A stretch of DNA of 62,311 nucleotides, filler included, from Asterionella formosa (lineage: Eukaryota), in NCBI GenBank assembly GCA_002256025.1. It is 5 parts of 5 records of this genome, joined end to end, with 100 filler letters (N's around TTAATTAATTAA, not from the genome) between each part and the next. Parts side by side here need not be neighbours in the genome. Positions count along the whole stretch, not along the records: positions 37,485 to 49,853 come from NKIB01007574.1; positions 49,954 to 62,311 come from NKIB01007582.1; 3 more parts are not named here. The stretch is one strand, 5' to 3'. Position 1 is the first letter of the stretch; every line of letters starts with the position of its first letter. The notes below the pieces were generated by a model. The model ran no database searches. It was not told where the DNA came from and saw only the letters and a program-made list of their open reading frames with translations. The position numbers were made by a program, and so were the translations under genes. Below are positions 45,553 to 57,984 of the stretch, piece by piece.

Positions 45553-46623
45553 ATGAGACGAGCTCCGCATCCAATTTCTCCGGCTCGTTTCGTGAGCGCC
45601 ATTCTCATGTTGTCTACCGGTATTCATCATCCCCCTGTCCCATTCATTGCTGCATTCCGTCCTTCTCCTTACTCTCGAGCAATCACTGTCACTGCGAAGA
45701 CTACTACAACTACTAAGCGATCCATGGCACTCATTCCCTTACCTGTCGACACCTTGGATACACTTCTTGTCCTTGGTGTCCCCACAGCATCCCAATATTC
45801 CACCTATTGGGGACGCAACTCAAGAGAAACGTATGCCAATTTACTGGAAAGTGCCATTGTTACCTTTTTGGGAGTCTTTCTGTCATATTTCCTTTCTTTT
45901 GTCATTGGGGGATTCATTGCTACTATTTTGGGATTCCTATTTGCTACATGGACCATCCTAAGTCCGGAATTACGAGCCTATCAACGAAATTGGGAATTAC
46001 TGGGAGGTCGCCAGTTGGTAGACGTATGGACAACTAACAGTGAACGAGAAGGTCTATACGGAGCCTTGTTCCTAGGGATTGTCCAAGATATCTCTGTCGT
46101 TGAAGATGCGACCGATACACGAGAATACGAATTTCAAGACTTTTCGGACTACACCATGGAGGGCGACGAACTAGAAGAGGAAACAGGTTTGCCCTATTTA
46201 TTGAGAGTACGACTTGGGGACTCCAAGGGTAGGTCGATCCAAGTTCATGCCAGGATGAGTGAAGAGTATTTAAGCATGGAACCTGGACAAAGTGTGGCTG
46301 GAATTTTGCTAAGCACATCACCCAAGTTTAACCAACTATCGGCCCTAACGGACTTTGTTGTACCCGATGCATCTTGTTGGATTGGAGACTATCCTTATCT
46401 GGATAGGAATACACTGGAAGAGTACTTGGCCCAAGATTTTTGGGATATTTTGGAGGAGGAAAGAATCATGTATCAAGGTGGAGACCCCACGTACAATTGG
46501 AGACAAACACCTAGAAGTGACTATGACATGATTGGGTTCGACGAAGAGGAGGAGTTTCAATCGGAAACTGTTCCAGTTCCAAGACGAAGGAGGCGTGGTG
46601 GACGTAGAGAAAGGAGTGAGTGA
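45553..46623 (+). CDS. Predicted plastid-targeted two-TM protein of a conserved cyanobacterial-type family (unknown function)
   Basis: Signal peptide, then IAA|FRPS (ASAFAP-like), then a Thr/Arg-rich transit peptide. The mature part (LIPL...QY..YWG, two TM helices, LGD..G...Q, W.GDYPYL.R) resembles, from memory, a conserved cyanobacterial family. Confidence 0.75.
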   Translation: MRRAPHPISPARFVSAILMLSTGIHHPPVPFIAAFRPSPYSRAITVTAKTTTTTKRSMALIPLPVDTLDTLLVLGVPTASQYSTYWGRNSRETYANLLESAIVTFLGVFLSYFLSFVIGGFIATILGFLFATWTILSPELRAYQRNWELLGGRQLVDVWTTNSEREGLYGALFLGIVQDISVVEDATDTREYEFQDFSDYTMEGDELEEETGLPYLLRVRLGDSKGRSIQVHARMSEEYLSMEPGQSVAGILLSTSPKFNQLSALTDFVVPDASCWIGDYPYLDRNTLEEYLAQDFWDILEEERIMYQGGDPTYNWRQTPRSDYDMIGFDEEEEFQSETVPVPRRRRRGGRRERSE

Positions 46624-46901
46624 GAAAATTAAAGAGATGATGGATACGTGTTCGATTTTTGATTTATATACCTCTGTATCCCATCCAGTATCCCATCCAC
46701 TATCCTCGAGGTCCCTAAATCGCCACACCCTCAATGGAATGAAAAAAAGTAAAAAGTACCGGTATATTCTCAGCACTATCATACATTGACACTAATACAA
46801 AAAAACCTGAGATACTCACTAGTCTACACCGCAAACGTTTCATTCGGTTGTATGGGCATAACCACATTGATATTTATCACCAATATCATTGATGAAAAAA
46901 C

Positions 46902-48548
46902 TTATATCACTTCCACGTTGCCATTAATCGGAAGTTCACGATTCCGTTCCATCCATGTCCAGTCTTCCACGTAAGGTGCCGACTTGGCATCTTCGGTCCA
47001 CTTTTCCATCAAACGCTCAAATCCATGATCACAAATGTTCAATAATGTCTCATTCGAAGGGAGCAAGGGCGTCAAGTCTTCAAAATTGATAAATTTGTAC
47101 AGAAAGTGTAGAGCCGCTTGAGGACGGAATTGTGGCACCATATGGCCTGACCCATGAAAGGTTATAAACGACAATCTATTTTCGTAGTCAACAACTTCGC
47201 CTCCAAATTGCGCGCCCGTGTTTTGCACAACAAGGTCGGGTCCAAACAAAACGGCCTTTTGCGATAAAATGTCAACAGGCGCGGCAGTATGGTTGTAGAA
47301 CCACGGCCGGTAGGATCCTCCGTCCACCTCGGGAAAGCCAACCCTCGCCACAGCCACCCTAGTCCCTTCATAGGATACACAAGGATCTGTGTCACCATTG
47401 TAGACCCAAATTAGTTTGAGTTGCGGAGCAAGCTCACGATAAAAGTCAATCATGCTTCTAGGATCCGAAGGCGATTCATTGCACGCGTCATACTCCTTGG
47501 TGTAATCAAATCCTTGAGTGGGGTATGGCCAAGTGTCAATGGGTGTTTCGGATACATGAAGGGCGGCCTTGACGTCCTGTCGATTCATGTATCGCTGCAT
47601 GTCAGTGTCTTCCACATTTGACACTGGTGCAAAGAGGGAGTAATCGTCAATGAACAAATCCTTCCATGACTGCGACAGGCCTGACGAAGTTGAGAGCATG
47701 AACTTCCTAAATGCCAATTTGCACTCTGGTGTGTGGCTAAAGTTTGGACCTGCCGAGAGGATATGATTCACAGGCGACGATTTCATCATGTTGGTTGAGA
47801 TCCTTGCGTGGCACTTGTTTGAGAGAGTATCAAACGTAGCATCGTCCACAAGACCATACTTGTGACCGTACCACAGGGCATCCATCGAGTCCGCCTGAGC
47901 TGTATTGTCGGTGCAAGGATCTCCAACGGCCAAGCCGACGAGGTTCAGGGAAGTAGAATCTAGAATTTCCTTGGCCAAGGTCGGAATATACACTCCCGCG
48001 TACGATTCTCCAGTGATGAAGAAATCGAGCGACGCTAGTTCTGGAAATTTGTTGGTGAAGAAATCCACCAAGGCTGCTCTGGCGGTGGATGCAGTAAATT
48101 TGTCAGTATTCTGGCATACCTTTCCTTCCATCTGAGCGGCGCAATAGGAATATCCAACCCCTACAGGTGACTCGATGACGAACAAGTGAGCCACCTTGGT
48201 CCAACTCCAGGGGTTCTCCATCAGTCCCCCTGTTGCATTGATCAACAGCGGTCCGTTCTCTTGCAAATAGCCCAATATGGACGACGATCCAGGTCCTCCG
48301 TTCAGCCACAGCACCACCGGGACGTTGTCGTCCGTTCGTTCGGACGCCGAGAACCAATAGTGAATCTTGCAGAAGGCTCCATTGACCGACGTATCGCAGC
48401 CGTCCGACCCGTCGAGATATCCAGAATACTGCGGCGTCGGGGGAGGTCCAAACAGAGGCAGCTTGAGGACTCGATCCGCTTCTGGAGCCGCCTTGACAGA
48501 TGTTGTCCTGAGGACAGTCAGAAGAGAAACGACCAGAGCACGCAACAT
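46902..48548 (-). CDS. Secreted serine carboxypeptidase (peptidase S10)
   Basis: Signal peptide MLRALVVSLL.., then QYSGY, WLNGGPGSSS, GESYAG (catalytic Ser), YNGDTD.CV (Asp) and GSGHMVP (His). Confidence 0.95.
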   Translation of the reverse strand: MLRALVVSLLTVLRTTSVKAAPEADRVLKLPLFGPPPTPQYSGYLDGSDGCDTSVNGAFCKIHYWFSASERTDDNVPVVLWLNGGPGSSSILGYLQENGPLLINATGGLMENPWSWTKVAHLFVIESPVGVGYSYCAAQMEGKVCQNTDKFTASTARAALVDFFTNKFPELASLDFFITGESYAGVYIPTLAKEILDSTSLNLVGLAVGDPCTDNTAQADSMDALWYGHKYGLVDDATFDTLSNKCHARISTNMMKSSPVNHILSAGPNFSHTPECKLAFRKFMLSTSSGLSQSWKDLFIDDYSLFAPVSNVEDTDMQRYMNRQDVKAALHVSETPIDTWPYPTQGFDYTKEYDACNESPSDPRSMIDFYRELAPQLKLIWVYNGDTDPCVSYEGTRVAVARVGFPEVDGGSYRPWFYNHTAAPVDILSQKAVLFGPDLVVQNTGAQFGGEVVDYENRLSFITFHGSGHMVPQFRPQAALHFLYKFINFEDLTPLLPSNETLLNICDHGFERLMEKWTEDAKSAPYVEDWTWMERNRELPINGNVEVI

Positions 48549-49067
48549 ACTACCAGGCACCAGGAGTGATGGAGGGTCAAGGATGAAAGTGGTTGTTGTA
48601 ATGTTCCTTTGATTTCTGAATCAGAGCCAGTGGCACGAACAGCAGTCGCAGCAGTGTGTGCTTGGCTGATCCTTGTGTGTCATGTCTCGTACATACCTAA
48701 CGGTCTGATCGCTCGGTAGGTACATACTAACGGAAGAGCGGTACATAGACTACTCCCGCCAATCCTACGGTGTATGTATAACAGGAAAGAATATGAGTGT
48801 GGTCATTTAAAACGAAGAAGCCCATCGTCGCACGAGCAAAGATAGCACCGACAGAGCTCGGATTAGCCAGACTTACCTGTATCATAAACTGTCAGCAGGA
48901 GCTCAAACACTGATACCTCACGAGGACACTTCAACAATTACTGTATGATGAGTGCTGGTATCATGTAGGTATGGCGCCCTGGGAATATATACCATTTTAA
49001 AACTGTAAGCCATCATTATTTTCCTTATCTTGTCTTTCCTTTATGATGTTGTAGTCACATTAAATAA

Positions 49068-49281
49068 AATTTTGGGGATACTGAACTAGTTTTCGAGCCA
49101 AGGCATTCCTTACCTTCCCACACAGTCTTGCCTGGTGTGCAAGAAATAGTGGCTGGGTTGCCCCCCCCAACAATCAGCTTGTGCCGCCTTCCTAGGTGGT
49201 CGGATTTTACCCTAATGATGTGGCTGAGACACTTACCTTTTGCGAAAGGTGGTTGGGGACTCACCTATGCTAACAAAACTA
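49068..49281 (+). mobile_element. SINE copy C, truncated at both ends
   Basis: Matches the body and core of 16830-17043. It has no tRNA head and no tail. Confidence 0.75.
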
Positions 49282-49282
49282 C

Positions 49283-49853
49283 GTCTGTGAATAGATTTTC
49301 CATTAGCTCTAACGTTTACACAGCATACATTTAAAAACTGATTGATTATTCGAAGATTTTTACATGTTGATGATAATTTTGATATATCAATGGCAGTGTC
49401 TGTATGATCAATCAAATTTGTACATTAGGTTACTAGCATACACATGTCAGGTTATGCATATATAAGAACTTGTATATATTAGTAACCAAATCTAATTGGG
49501 TTGAAATTGTTGATATATTGATCAAATGTTGTGTTATGTTGATATCAGTAAGGTCAATTAGATTTGTTTGTCAGATTACTTTCTTACACACCAGGTTACG
49601 CATAGATAGAAGTCATATATACGTCTACAAATAAAAACTATCATATTTCCATGATGCATCATAGGATTGTGATCATCTGATCATAATATTTCGTTATATC
49701 ATCTAATAATTTTGATAAATGCCTTTGTAATTTAAATAGTAACCCTTTTGACTACATATATTTAATTATTATATGTATTGTTTCTATTTGATTCCTGTAT
49801 TCGAATTTCTTGGTAGGATAATGTACCAGTTCAAGTAATGTAATTTGGCTCGT
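49283..49853 (+). repeat. Plavaka-associated and GATC-rich repeat block
   Basis: 49283-49485 is the reverse complement of 25004-25210. 49620-49853 matches 13340-13530. Confidence 0.75.
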
Positions 49854-49953
49854 NNNNNNNNNNNNNNNNNNNNNNNNNNNNNNNNNNNNNNNNNNNNTTA
49901 ATTAATTAANNNNNNNNNNNNNNNNNNNNNNNNNNNNNNNNNNNNNNNNNNNN
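49854..49953. other. Artificial scaffold linker
   Basis: N44-TTAATTAATTAA-N44. Confidence 0.97.
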
Positions 49954-50205
49954 TACCAATATGTATTATGTGGCATCAATGACTGTATAAAATTTGTATA
50001 CCAGTATACAAAGATCATGTATAGCTCTACCGGTCGCTAGGTATGCACGTACGAGACAGACTGGCCTGACTGTCCATCCGAAATATTCTCTTTCAGGAGC
50101 GCCACAAAACCAAACGAGCATGCAGTATGATGTGTGCTGTAGAACAAATCCCGGTCTAGGCAGTATTTTACAGGGTGGGACAAAATTGAAAGCAAGGGCA
50201 TCACC

Positions 50206-51159
50206 ATGACGACTCGTTGGGGAGACGATGCGGATGATTCCGATGAGGAACAGTTTCCTTCTTCCAGCTTAGGAGACTCCAAGATGGAGATTCCGCCAAC
50301 ACACAAGAGCCGAGTGGACTCGAAAGGCATTCAAGTTGTCACGTCATACCGTCCACACCCGTCTCATGCTGGCCAAATGATCAAGACGATCACCAAAGTC
50401 CGGGTTTCTACCGCCGATGTAAGGGAACACAAAGATGTTGCTAAGAGAAGAAAATGGAAGAAGTTTGGGCAAGCGGCGCTGGATGAAGACACTTCCAACG
50501 TCACTATCCAGTCTCGTGATGATATCTTTTTGGATGATCCAAATGCGGACACCGATTTGCAGGATGAAGATCCATCAAAGGCTCTGGCTGGGAACCTCAA
50601 TGCCTTTTGGGCCAAGCAACAACGTCGACAATTGGAACGCAAGTACGATGTCGACGTCGAAGAGGGCGGTGAGAAGAAGGAAGAGAAAGGATGGACTCAA
50701 GTTACCGCAAGTGGGGGAACTGCAAAGTACGTGCCTCCCAGTCAACGAGGCGGGGCAGCTGGCTCCAAACTGCCGGACCGTCCACGTACAGAAGACGTCA
50801 ATACCATTCGTGTCACCAACATTAGTGAGAACACTACTGAAGCTGATCTACAGGAGCTCTTTCAGCCTTTTGGGCGGATTTCTCGTGTCTACCTGGCCAA
50901 GGACAAGGAGACCATGATCTCGCGTGGGTTTGCCTTTGTCAGTTTTGTACATAAGGAAGATGCTGCGAAAGCGATGGACAAGTTGCAAGGCTTTGGTTAC
51001 GATCATTTGATTCTCAAGTTAGAATGGGCCCGTCCGAGTGCACCCAAGGATCCTGCCTCCTCTGGAACGGAATTCAGATCTGGTTACGGAAAAGCTTTGG
51101 CACAGGATACCAAGGAGAAGGTCTCGTATGCTTCCAACTTGACAAAAGGAGTGAGGTAG
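50206..51159 (+). CDS. EIF3G: Eukaryotic translation initiation factor 3 subunit G
   Basis: RWGD, VAKRRKWKKFG and KYVPPS.R motifs. RRM: TIRVTNISE..EADL.ELF.PFGRISRVYLAKDK.T..SRGFAFV.F..GFGYDHLIL.LEWA. Confidence 0.96.
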   Translation: MTTRWGDDADDSDEEQFPSSSLGDSKMEIPPTHKSRVDSKGIQVVTSYRPHPSHAGQMIKTITKVRVSTADVREHKDVAKRRKWKKFGQAALDEDTSNVTIQSRDDIFLDDPNADTDLQDEDPSKALAGNLNAFWAKQQRRQLERKYDVDVEEGGEKKEEKGWTQVTASGGTAKYVPPSQRGGAAGSKLPDRPRTEDVNTIRVTNISENTTEADLQELFQPFGRISRVYLAKDKETMISRGFAFVSFVHKEDAAKAMDKLQGFGYDHLILKLEWARPSAPKDPASSGTEFRSGYGKALAQDTKEKVSYASNLTKGVR

Positions 51160-51493
51160 GTTGTAATATAGAAACTGGAAACAGAAATGGATTTACTGAA
51201 ACATTTTGTTAGGTATAACATATACGACTAAATTTCACCATTTTATTTCTATTCAACATGATTGTGGTGGTGCAATGCCATAGATTATTGGTAGATCTTC
51301 AGTAAGGAGCAGGTTACCAAAGAACAGGAGGCAGCAGAAGTCAGCCAGAACATAGGGCCAATGAAGTGACATGCATGAACTGGGAACTGAGATGATTGGT
51401 ATGTCGCATTTTCCACATTTATATCAATCTTAGCTGATGATGTATTAGCTATAGTGGGAGTGCTTCGAAATTCCAAATTAATTTGTTCCAAAA

Positions 51494-51596
51494 TCTTTGC
51501 CTGGTTCTTCTTCTGTTTGCGTTGCATTGATTCCATAGCTGTGAATTCCCCAACTGTGTGTAGTGTTTTTGGAAAAAGCCAAATCGACATCCATGC
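51494..51596 (-). repeat. Second copy of the unknown coding-like repeat
   Basis: Aligns with 17726-17828. Confidence 0.7.
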
Positions 51597-52874
51597 TGCA
51601 ATATCGGTGCATATCTGATGTTGGTGGCAAGTTTTTCTGTGATGTGAAAAATAAGAGAGTTCTTCACATCACAAGAAAAACGCCACTTCATGTTGTTATC
51701 AGCAATCTCAATGTTCGTTGTCATTATTAGTGTTATAACTTTACTTCTTTTACGATTGCATTTTCTATGTCGTTCTTAATACAGGTAGAAAGTAGCAAAG
51801 CGTCGTTCTTTATTTTCGTGGAGATATCTCGTATTTTCGTCATGATCAAGGTTGCAACAACGTGATGAAGGATTCTCCAGCTGCTCAAAGCAAGCCACTA
51901 TGATATCTGTCTTCTCTTGTGTTATGTATGCACCAAAGAATCGCAAAATCGTAGCTAAATAATTATATACTAGTGCCTCGAGGACCAAACGAATTATAGC
52001 ACGTTACTTTGTCTATGACAAGAAAAAAATTGGGTGTTTGGTTCCACCTCGAGAAAAATGTACAGGGTCCAGCAACCAAAGGGGGGGGGGTCCAGGACAA
52101 TGAAGATGAAGTAACCGGTATTCTGGTGGTCATCTAGCCTAATACGTACGTGGTACTAAAAATAACCATACATGCTTTAAGCTAAACTTTCACGCTTACT
52201 TCGGACACATTATTTTGCTGTAAACTCGGTATTATCATTACAAGACAAGAACGTTAAATTTTAGTGTTCACATGTTCATTGATTTTACATACCGTATGCC
52301 CGATTTTGTCCTCACAATTATCCCTCTCACTTTATCCTGACTGCCGTTGTGATTGCATGAAATTTGATGAATTCCGCAAAAAAGCTCAGCAACGAAGCTA
52401 TTGCGAATAGTTCTGCTCGTGTGGAGCTGTTTCCTTTCTTTTCTCCATCCACTGGGCTTGCACAAAGAACAGTTTACCAGGGGATTGTCCTCGGGGCGCA
52501 TTGAAGGTGGAGTGACCATGCATATGACGCTGCACCGTCTTTGAAGGAAGTGTCTGTCCCCACATAACAATTAAATCCCAGTTTAAGGTGTCGTGTTAGC
52601 CTGGATTCGCTTGCCGGACTCATTTTAATATTGTAGATTAACCATTTTTGAAATGATGGAAGATGAAAAATTGATTTGCGAAACGTGGATCGCTTGCTAG
52701 GAGCTGTGACCTGGGGAGGCTCTACTACGGGTCGATAGACAATTTTTCACTCCTTCTTTAAATCGCATGGGCACGTTTTCAGTGGAAGAGTTTGTCGTGT
52801 CATGCTCCCTTCGAGGTGGAAGGTTACTGAGATTCTGTTTGATTTCAGATAGTCATTGACTAGCCAGCACCTTG

Positions 52875-53300
52875 TCTGCAAATAAAAACCATCATATTCC
52901 TATGATGCATCATAGGATTATGATCATCTGATCATAATTTTTCGTTACATCATCTAGCTTGGGGGTTATCACTTCCGTACTGTATACAATGGGGGGAGGG
53001 GGTTGCATGCATGAGCAACTACTCCGGTATAAACTATGATCTTTAATCAATAAATTCTGATTCGTTTATCCTATACCTTTGATCATAACATATTGATCAT
53101 ATGATGAACAGTGTCGTTGATGAGAAAATGAACGATCAACATTTATTTTCAAGAATCAGGATTAATTGATCTTAAAAATATGATCAAATGATCCTAAACA
53201 CATGAGCATATTCAGTTTTCCGCTGCACTATTGTGGCATTTCCAAGATAGAAATAATTCCCAGCAAGTATACAGTACTACAGGTAGGCCATATGAATTTT
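52875..53300 (+). repeat. GATC-rich repeat block with a 20-bp perfect palindrome
   Basis: Palindrome TCCTATGATGCATCATAGGA at 52898-52917. Matches 49625-49705 and 15795-16040. Confidence 0.8.
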
Positions 53301-53665
53301 GGTCAATATGTCTAAATACATAAATGAATGATTTCGACCATTTGAAAAATTGGTGATGACTCGCGTTTATTAGGGGGCTTAATTAAATCAGCCACTGACT
53401 TGTAGGTACAAGAATTGACACAAAAAAAATTGAAAAAACTCAACAGGTCGTGGAAAACTATGAACTCATCAGGCATTGTATATATTTGAATTATGTATAA
53501 TCAAAATTGATGAAAGTATACACAGGATGTGCCGTATTATGAGGGTGTTTCAAACTATGCAAATGTTCAACTATATATACATTTAAACTTCTTACAAATC
53601 TTTATATAAATGTAATATTCATGGCTGAAACATTCGAAATCATGTTTTCATGCATACAATTTGCT

Positions 53666-53959
53666 CCTGAAATGAAGGATTAACACAGATGATGACGCCG
53701 AAAACGAAAGTGATAATACAGCACAATGATACTTGCGGCTTAGAAGAGAAGGGCGGAATCAATTGATGGTAAGAAGTCAAGAGCGAATGCCTTTCATGTT
53801 CCTTGTCATACATCCATTTCCTGAAATGAAGGATCTCAAGCAACACATGATGCGAAAACTGAAGTGACAATACAGCACGATAAGAATGAGTGAAAATGAT
53901 GGAGAAGGGCGGAATCAACAAGCTGTGCATAGCATCACGGTTTGTCAAGAGCAAATGCC
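53666..53959 (+). repeat. Diverged tandem duplication (about 153-bp period)
   Basis: TCCTGAAATGAAGGAT...ATACAGCAC...GAGAAGGGCGGAATCAA...GTCAAGAGC.AATGCC occurs twice. Confidence 0.7.
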
Positions 53960-54710
53960 AAGATGATCAATTGCTGGGATTCTAAATACGGAATGACTCA
54001 TCCCCTTTCAGTGATTCAATAGCTCCTTTTCGATTTGGTGACTGGCCAACCATCAATGGCTGTGGACAAAAGAAATCGGTAAGTGCTGCCTATCAGCCAT
54101 CTTTGGATCAATCTACAACTGTTAGAAAAACTGACACATTTTTGTTGCTTCTTTCAGGATAATGATAGCAAACAGTAATTGTAAGTTACAAAGAGCAGTG
54201 TTGGAACCCATTTATCGATGGATACTTTGCTTCTCATTCAATCTTCGACTAACACATTCTTCTACAGAAATATGCATCAGTTACTTCCTCAATTTGTGGT
54301 AAGTGAAGCAAGATAGAAGCGAAATGAATGCTGTTGTGTAAGCAAAACATGAACAGCTAACAATGAATTGCTTCTCTTTGTTAGTATGGCTGAGTGTACA
54401 ATACCCTTGATCCTATATTCATGATAGTTTTTATTTACAGACGCTGTTATACGAGCTGCGCCATAGTTGTTTTTTCTCTTGATAGTAGTAGAATTTCCAA
54501 GCCAAATTTGGAGGCCTAATCCATTTACCCAGTCGTCAGTGTTGCAAATACATTGTTAGAGAGGATTTTATAGGCAAGATGCCAGGGCCGCTTTCCAATA
54601 TACTTTCTGTTGGTCAGTGCTGTTCTCAGGTTGATTAGGCCATCGCAACTGCGATTTTCTAGCCCTGGATTGCTTACACTCGACGACAATGCATCGGAGT
54701 TGCTTCCATA

Positions 54711-57700
54711 ATGTATTTATCGATGACTAATATTTGAAGATGTATTGTTGTTGATCGTATTTGTTGATTTGTATAGTTGTTGACCATGATGTCAATAAGA
54801 ATACCTCTAACCAATGCTTTTTTGTACTAACACGCTTTGCCACTAGCTACATTTCTACTATGAGTTCGTATCACAAGCTACGTTGAAATATTCAGATAGC
54901 GGGAGTTGACAGCGCTGGAGCTTCCTGGCGATCACAACCAATCAGAACAGATTGGAATGGAATGATTAGGGCTCATTGATGGAAGAGACCACTGTGGGCG
55001 GAAGGACTGTAAGCAACTTGGGTCAGGCTACTATAGTAACGTTCATGGCTGCAGCAACCAGATCATCTAGTATGCTAAATCACGATGCAGATTTTAATTG
55101 GGTTGAGCTTTTTTCTTCTTATCTGTTTCATTTGCTCTTCAATGGTGTAATGGAATTTTGCCTGTGTAAGTGCTACAATCAATGAATACATCTCCACTTA
55201 AACTGCTATTTTTTACTTCGTCTGTATATAAAAAAACCATAAGGCCTAACAGTTTTGCTGTAAGACCCACTGCCCCAAAAATTCTCAGTATGACGTATTA
55301 TTTTTTGATTGATCATAAAGAAAAACTGATTGATCATACAAAAAAACTTATTGATATCAACTTACGTTTTGGTGTTACATCTAAAGATAGTAATCGTGAG
55401 ATCAAATCAGTTATTCATTCGGTTTAACCTTTGAAATGCTAATATCAAATAGAATTTTTAGCTCTCGATCTAATATTCATTACTTCTGATCTAACTTATT
55501 TCTCTCATTGATCAAACCTATTATCATGTTCGCTCAATGATGAACACAAATCGAATTAAATGGATTGTTATTTAATACTCAAATATTCTACTTCTGGTCA
55601 CCCATACTTTCCACTGTGCATTCTCTTTCAGAATGAGCACACAGTGGTCTTCAATACCTTAATTTTCACTTCTGGTAGCTATGTTTAGATCATTGCCTTT
55701 TCAAAATGAAATGAGAGAGCAAACGAAATTGATGATGTTTTATTCGAACCTCTAACATTGCGAATGGCAGCAAGTCACATTCTCCAATGTTCTTATACGA
55801 CTTTCCTGTAAGAGATAATAACAACAATGTTAGCAAAACTGTTGCATCAAGTAAGCAAGGCAGGCATCTAAACATAGATATGTGCAACGAAACGAGTACA
55901 TGAACAATCCATCACTCCAATTTCCGTATGAGCAGGCAATGTGAATATAACTTATTTGTGCTCTCATGGTGGTTGGTTGTTGCTTCCATTAAGAATGGTA
56001 GCAAGCCACATTCTCCAAGTTTCCTGTATGATTTTGAGGAGAAAATATCAATGTTAGCAAAAGTGTTGCAATGATTAAAGCATCTCCATCCTCACATGTG
56101 CCATGAACTCATGACATAAGCAATCTATATAGTAACTTCACGTTCCAATCAACATAACAAGCATCAAATGAGGCAGAGATGGGTGACAGGTAGGGTTGTT
56201 AACCCTCACAACTGCATATATGGAAGGGAAAGATGTTATTAGTGTCGAAATCCAAATTCTTGGACACATACACTACAAACCCTCTGCAGCACTGTGCACA
56301 AAGATATTAAGTGCGGTTTCTTACCTCGTAATTAGGTTGATAACCCAAAACATCTTTTTCTTTTTCTCACTTGATGCTAGCTACTTATTACATCAAATTT
56401 CATACTTTGTTTGGTCCAAACATTATGTTCAATTTTCATTGATGTTGCATGTTACAATCATTCTCGTGTGTTTGACGCTTGTTGTACCACCTAAAAGCTG
56501 CTTTGAACCTCTATTTTACTACGTTCGATTGATTAGCACGACTAAACGCCGAAATATTCATTTCAATCATCTTAGATGCTCCAGATGTTTACGAGAGGTG
56601 GGGAATTATGATTGGACAAACGATTCAACCAGAAACCATTGACAACGGAAGATATGATTGTCCGTAATGAGGGTGCATTTATCCATTATAGAGGTTCAAA
56701 GCGCTTAATACTGTAGAATTAATTTTATGTTCCACAGGGAAGACAGATTACCGGTACCAGGTACAATGTTTCATGATGCATATTCGCCGTCAATTACCGC
56801 CCATACATAAACTTAGTATGATTTCTAATATGTGGCTAAACATATCTATTTGCAATTTAAATAAATAAATGATAATAACAAGGTTTACCTAATTCATGGA
56901 TGTGTAAATATGCCTGTATACTCCGAGGTCGTGGTAAACCGCTATTTTGTCCAAAAAGGACGATTGACACTTTCACGTATAAATATCGATTAAAAAATGG
57001 ATGTTCAGTGTAGCTCGTTGATACATGATCATTGAGAGGCGCCACATGCTCAGCTACAGATGGATTGTTTCAGATTTGTAAAATTATCAGAAATTCGTGA
57101 CAAAACGTGTTTTTCTACGTATAAAGGTTCAAAAGGGTAAAATAATTTCGATAGAGGTTTAATGCAGTTTTTAGGTGATACCATTTCTAGGTATATTACC
57201 GTTTTTCTGGCTGTCATGCTACAAGTAATTTTTATTTAGGGGCAATATGGGGCACATCGATTTTTTCTGCATTAAAATTGCCAATTATAGCATGACAACC
57301 AGAATAACAGTAATATGCATAGAGATGGTAAAACAAGCGTAAAACACATGATAATGATTGTAACAACATGCAACATCAATGAATATTGAAAATGATGTTT
57401 GGAGCAAACAAAGTATGAAATGCGATGTAATAAGTTGCATCAAATAAGAAATAGAAAAAATTGTTTTGGGTTAGAAATGAAGTAAAAAATAGGAGTTTCA
57501 ATGGAGACATCTGCATTCTGAATCATTGTAGTATTTACACAAGCAACATTGACTTTCCATCACCACACAAATGTCAACCGAAAGAAGAAGAAAAAAACTA
57601 AACCCAATTTAGACCTGCATCATTATGTAGTGTAAATGATCTGGTTGCTGCAACCATTCACATCACTGTAGTAGCCTGATACCAGTAGTACTAGCAGTTT

Positions 57701-57984
57701 TTTCGCCACAGTCATCATTCCTCTGCCCAGTACCAAACAAGCAACCCTGATCATTCCATTCTGAGCAAGCGTGATCGCCACACTGCTCCAAAACTATTGA
57801 ATCTCTCTAGCTGAGTATTTATGTAGCTTGTGATATGAACTCGTAGTAGAAATGTAGCAAAGTGCGTTAGGACAAGAAAAGCATTGCTTGGCGGCAATAT
57901 TGACATCATGGTAAACGACTATACAAATCAACAAATACAATCAACAACAATACGTCATCAAAGAGTAGTTATCGATAAATACAT
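54711..57984. repeat. Inverted repeat pair (87-bp arms)
   Basis: 54711-54797 is the diverged reverse complement of 57898-57984. Confidence 0.7.
57179..57330. repeat. Fold-back with 43-bp imperfect arms
   Basis: 57179-57221 pairs with 57288-57330. Confidence 0.7.
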
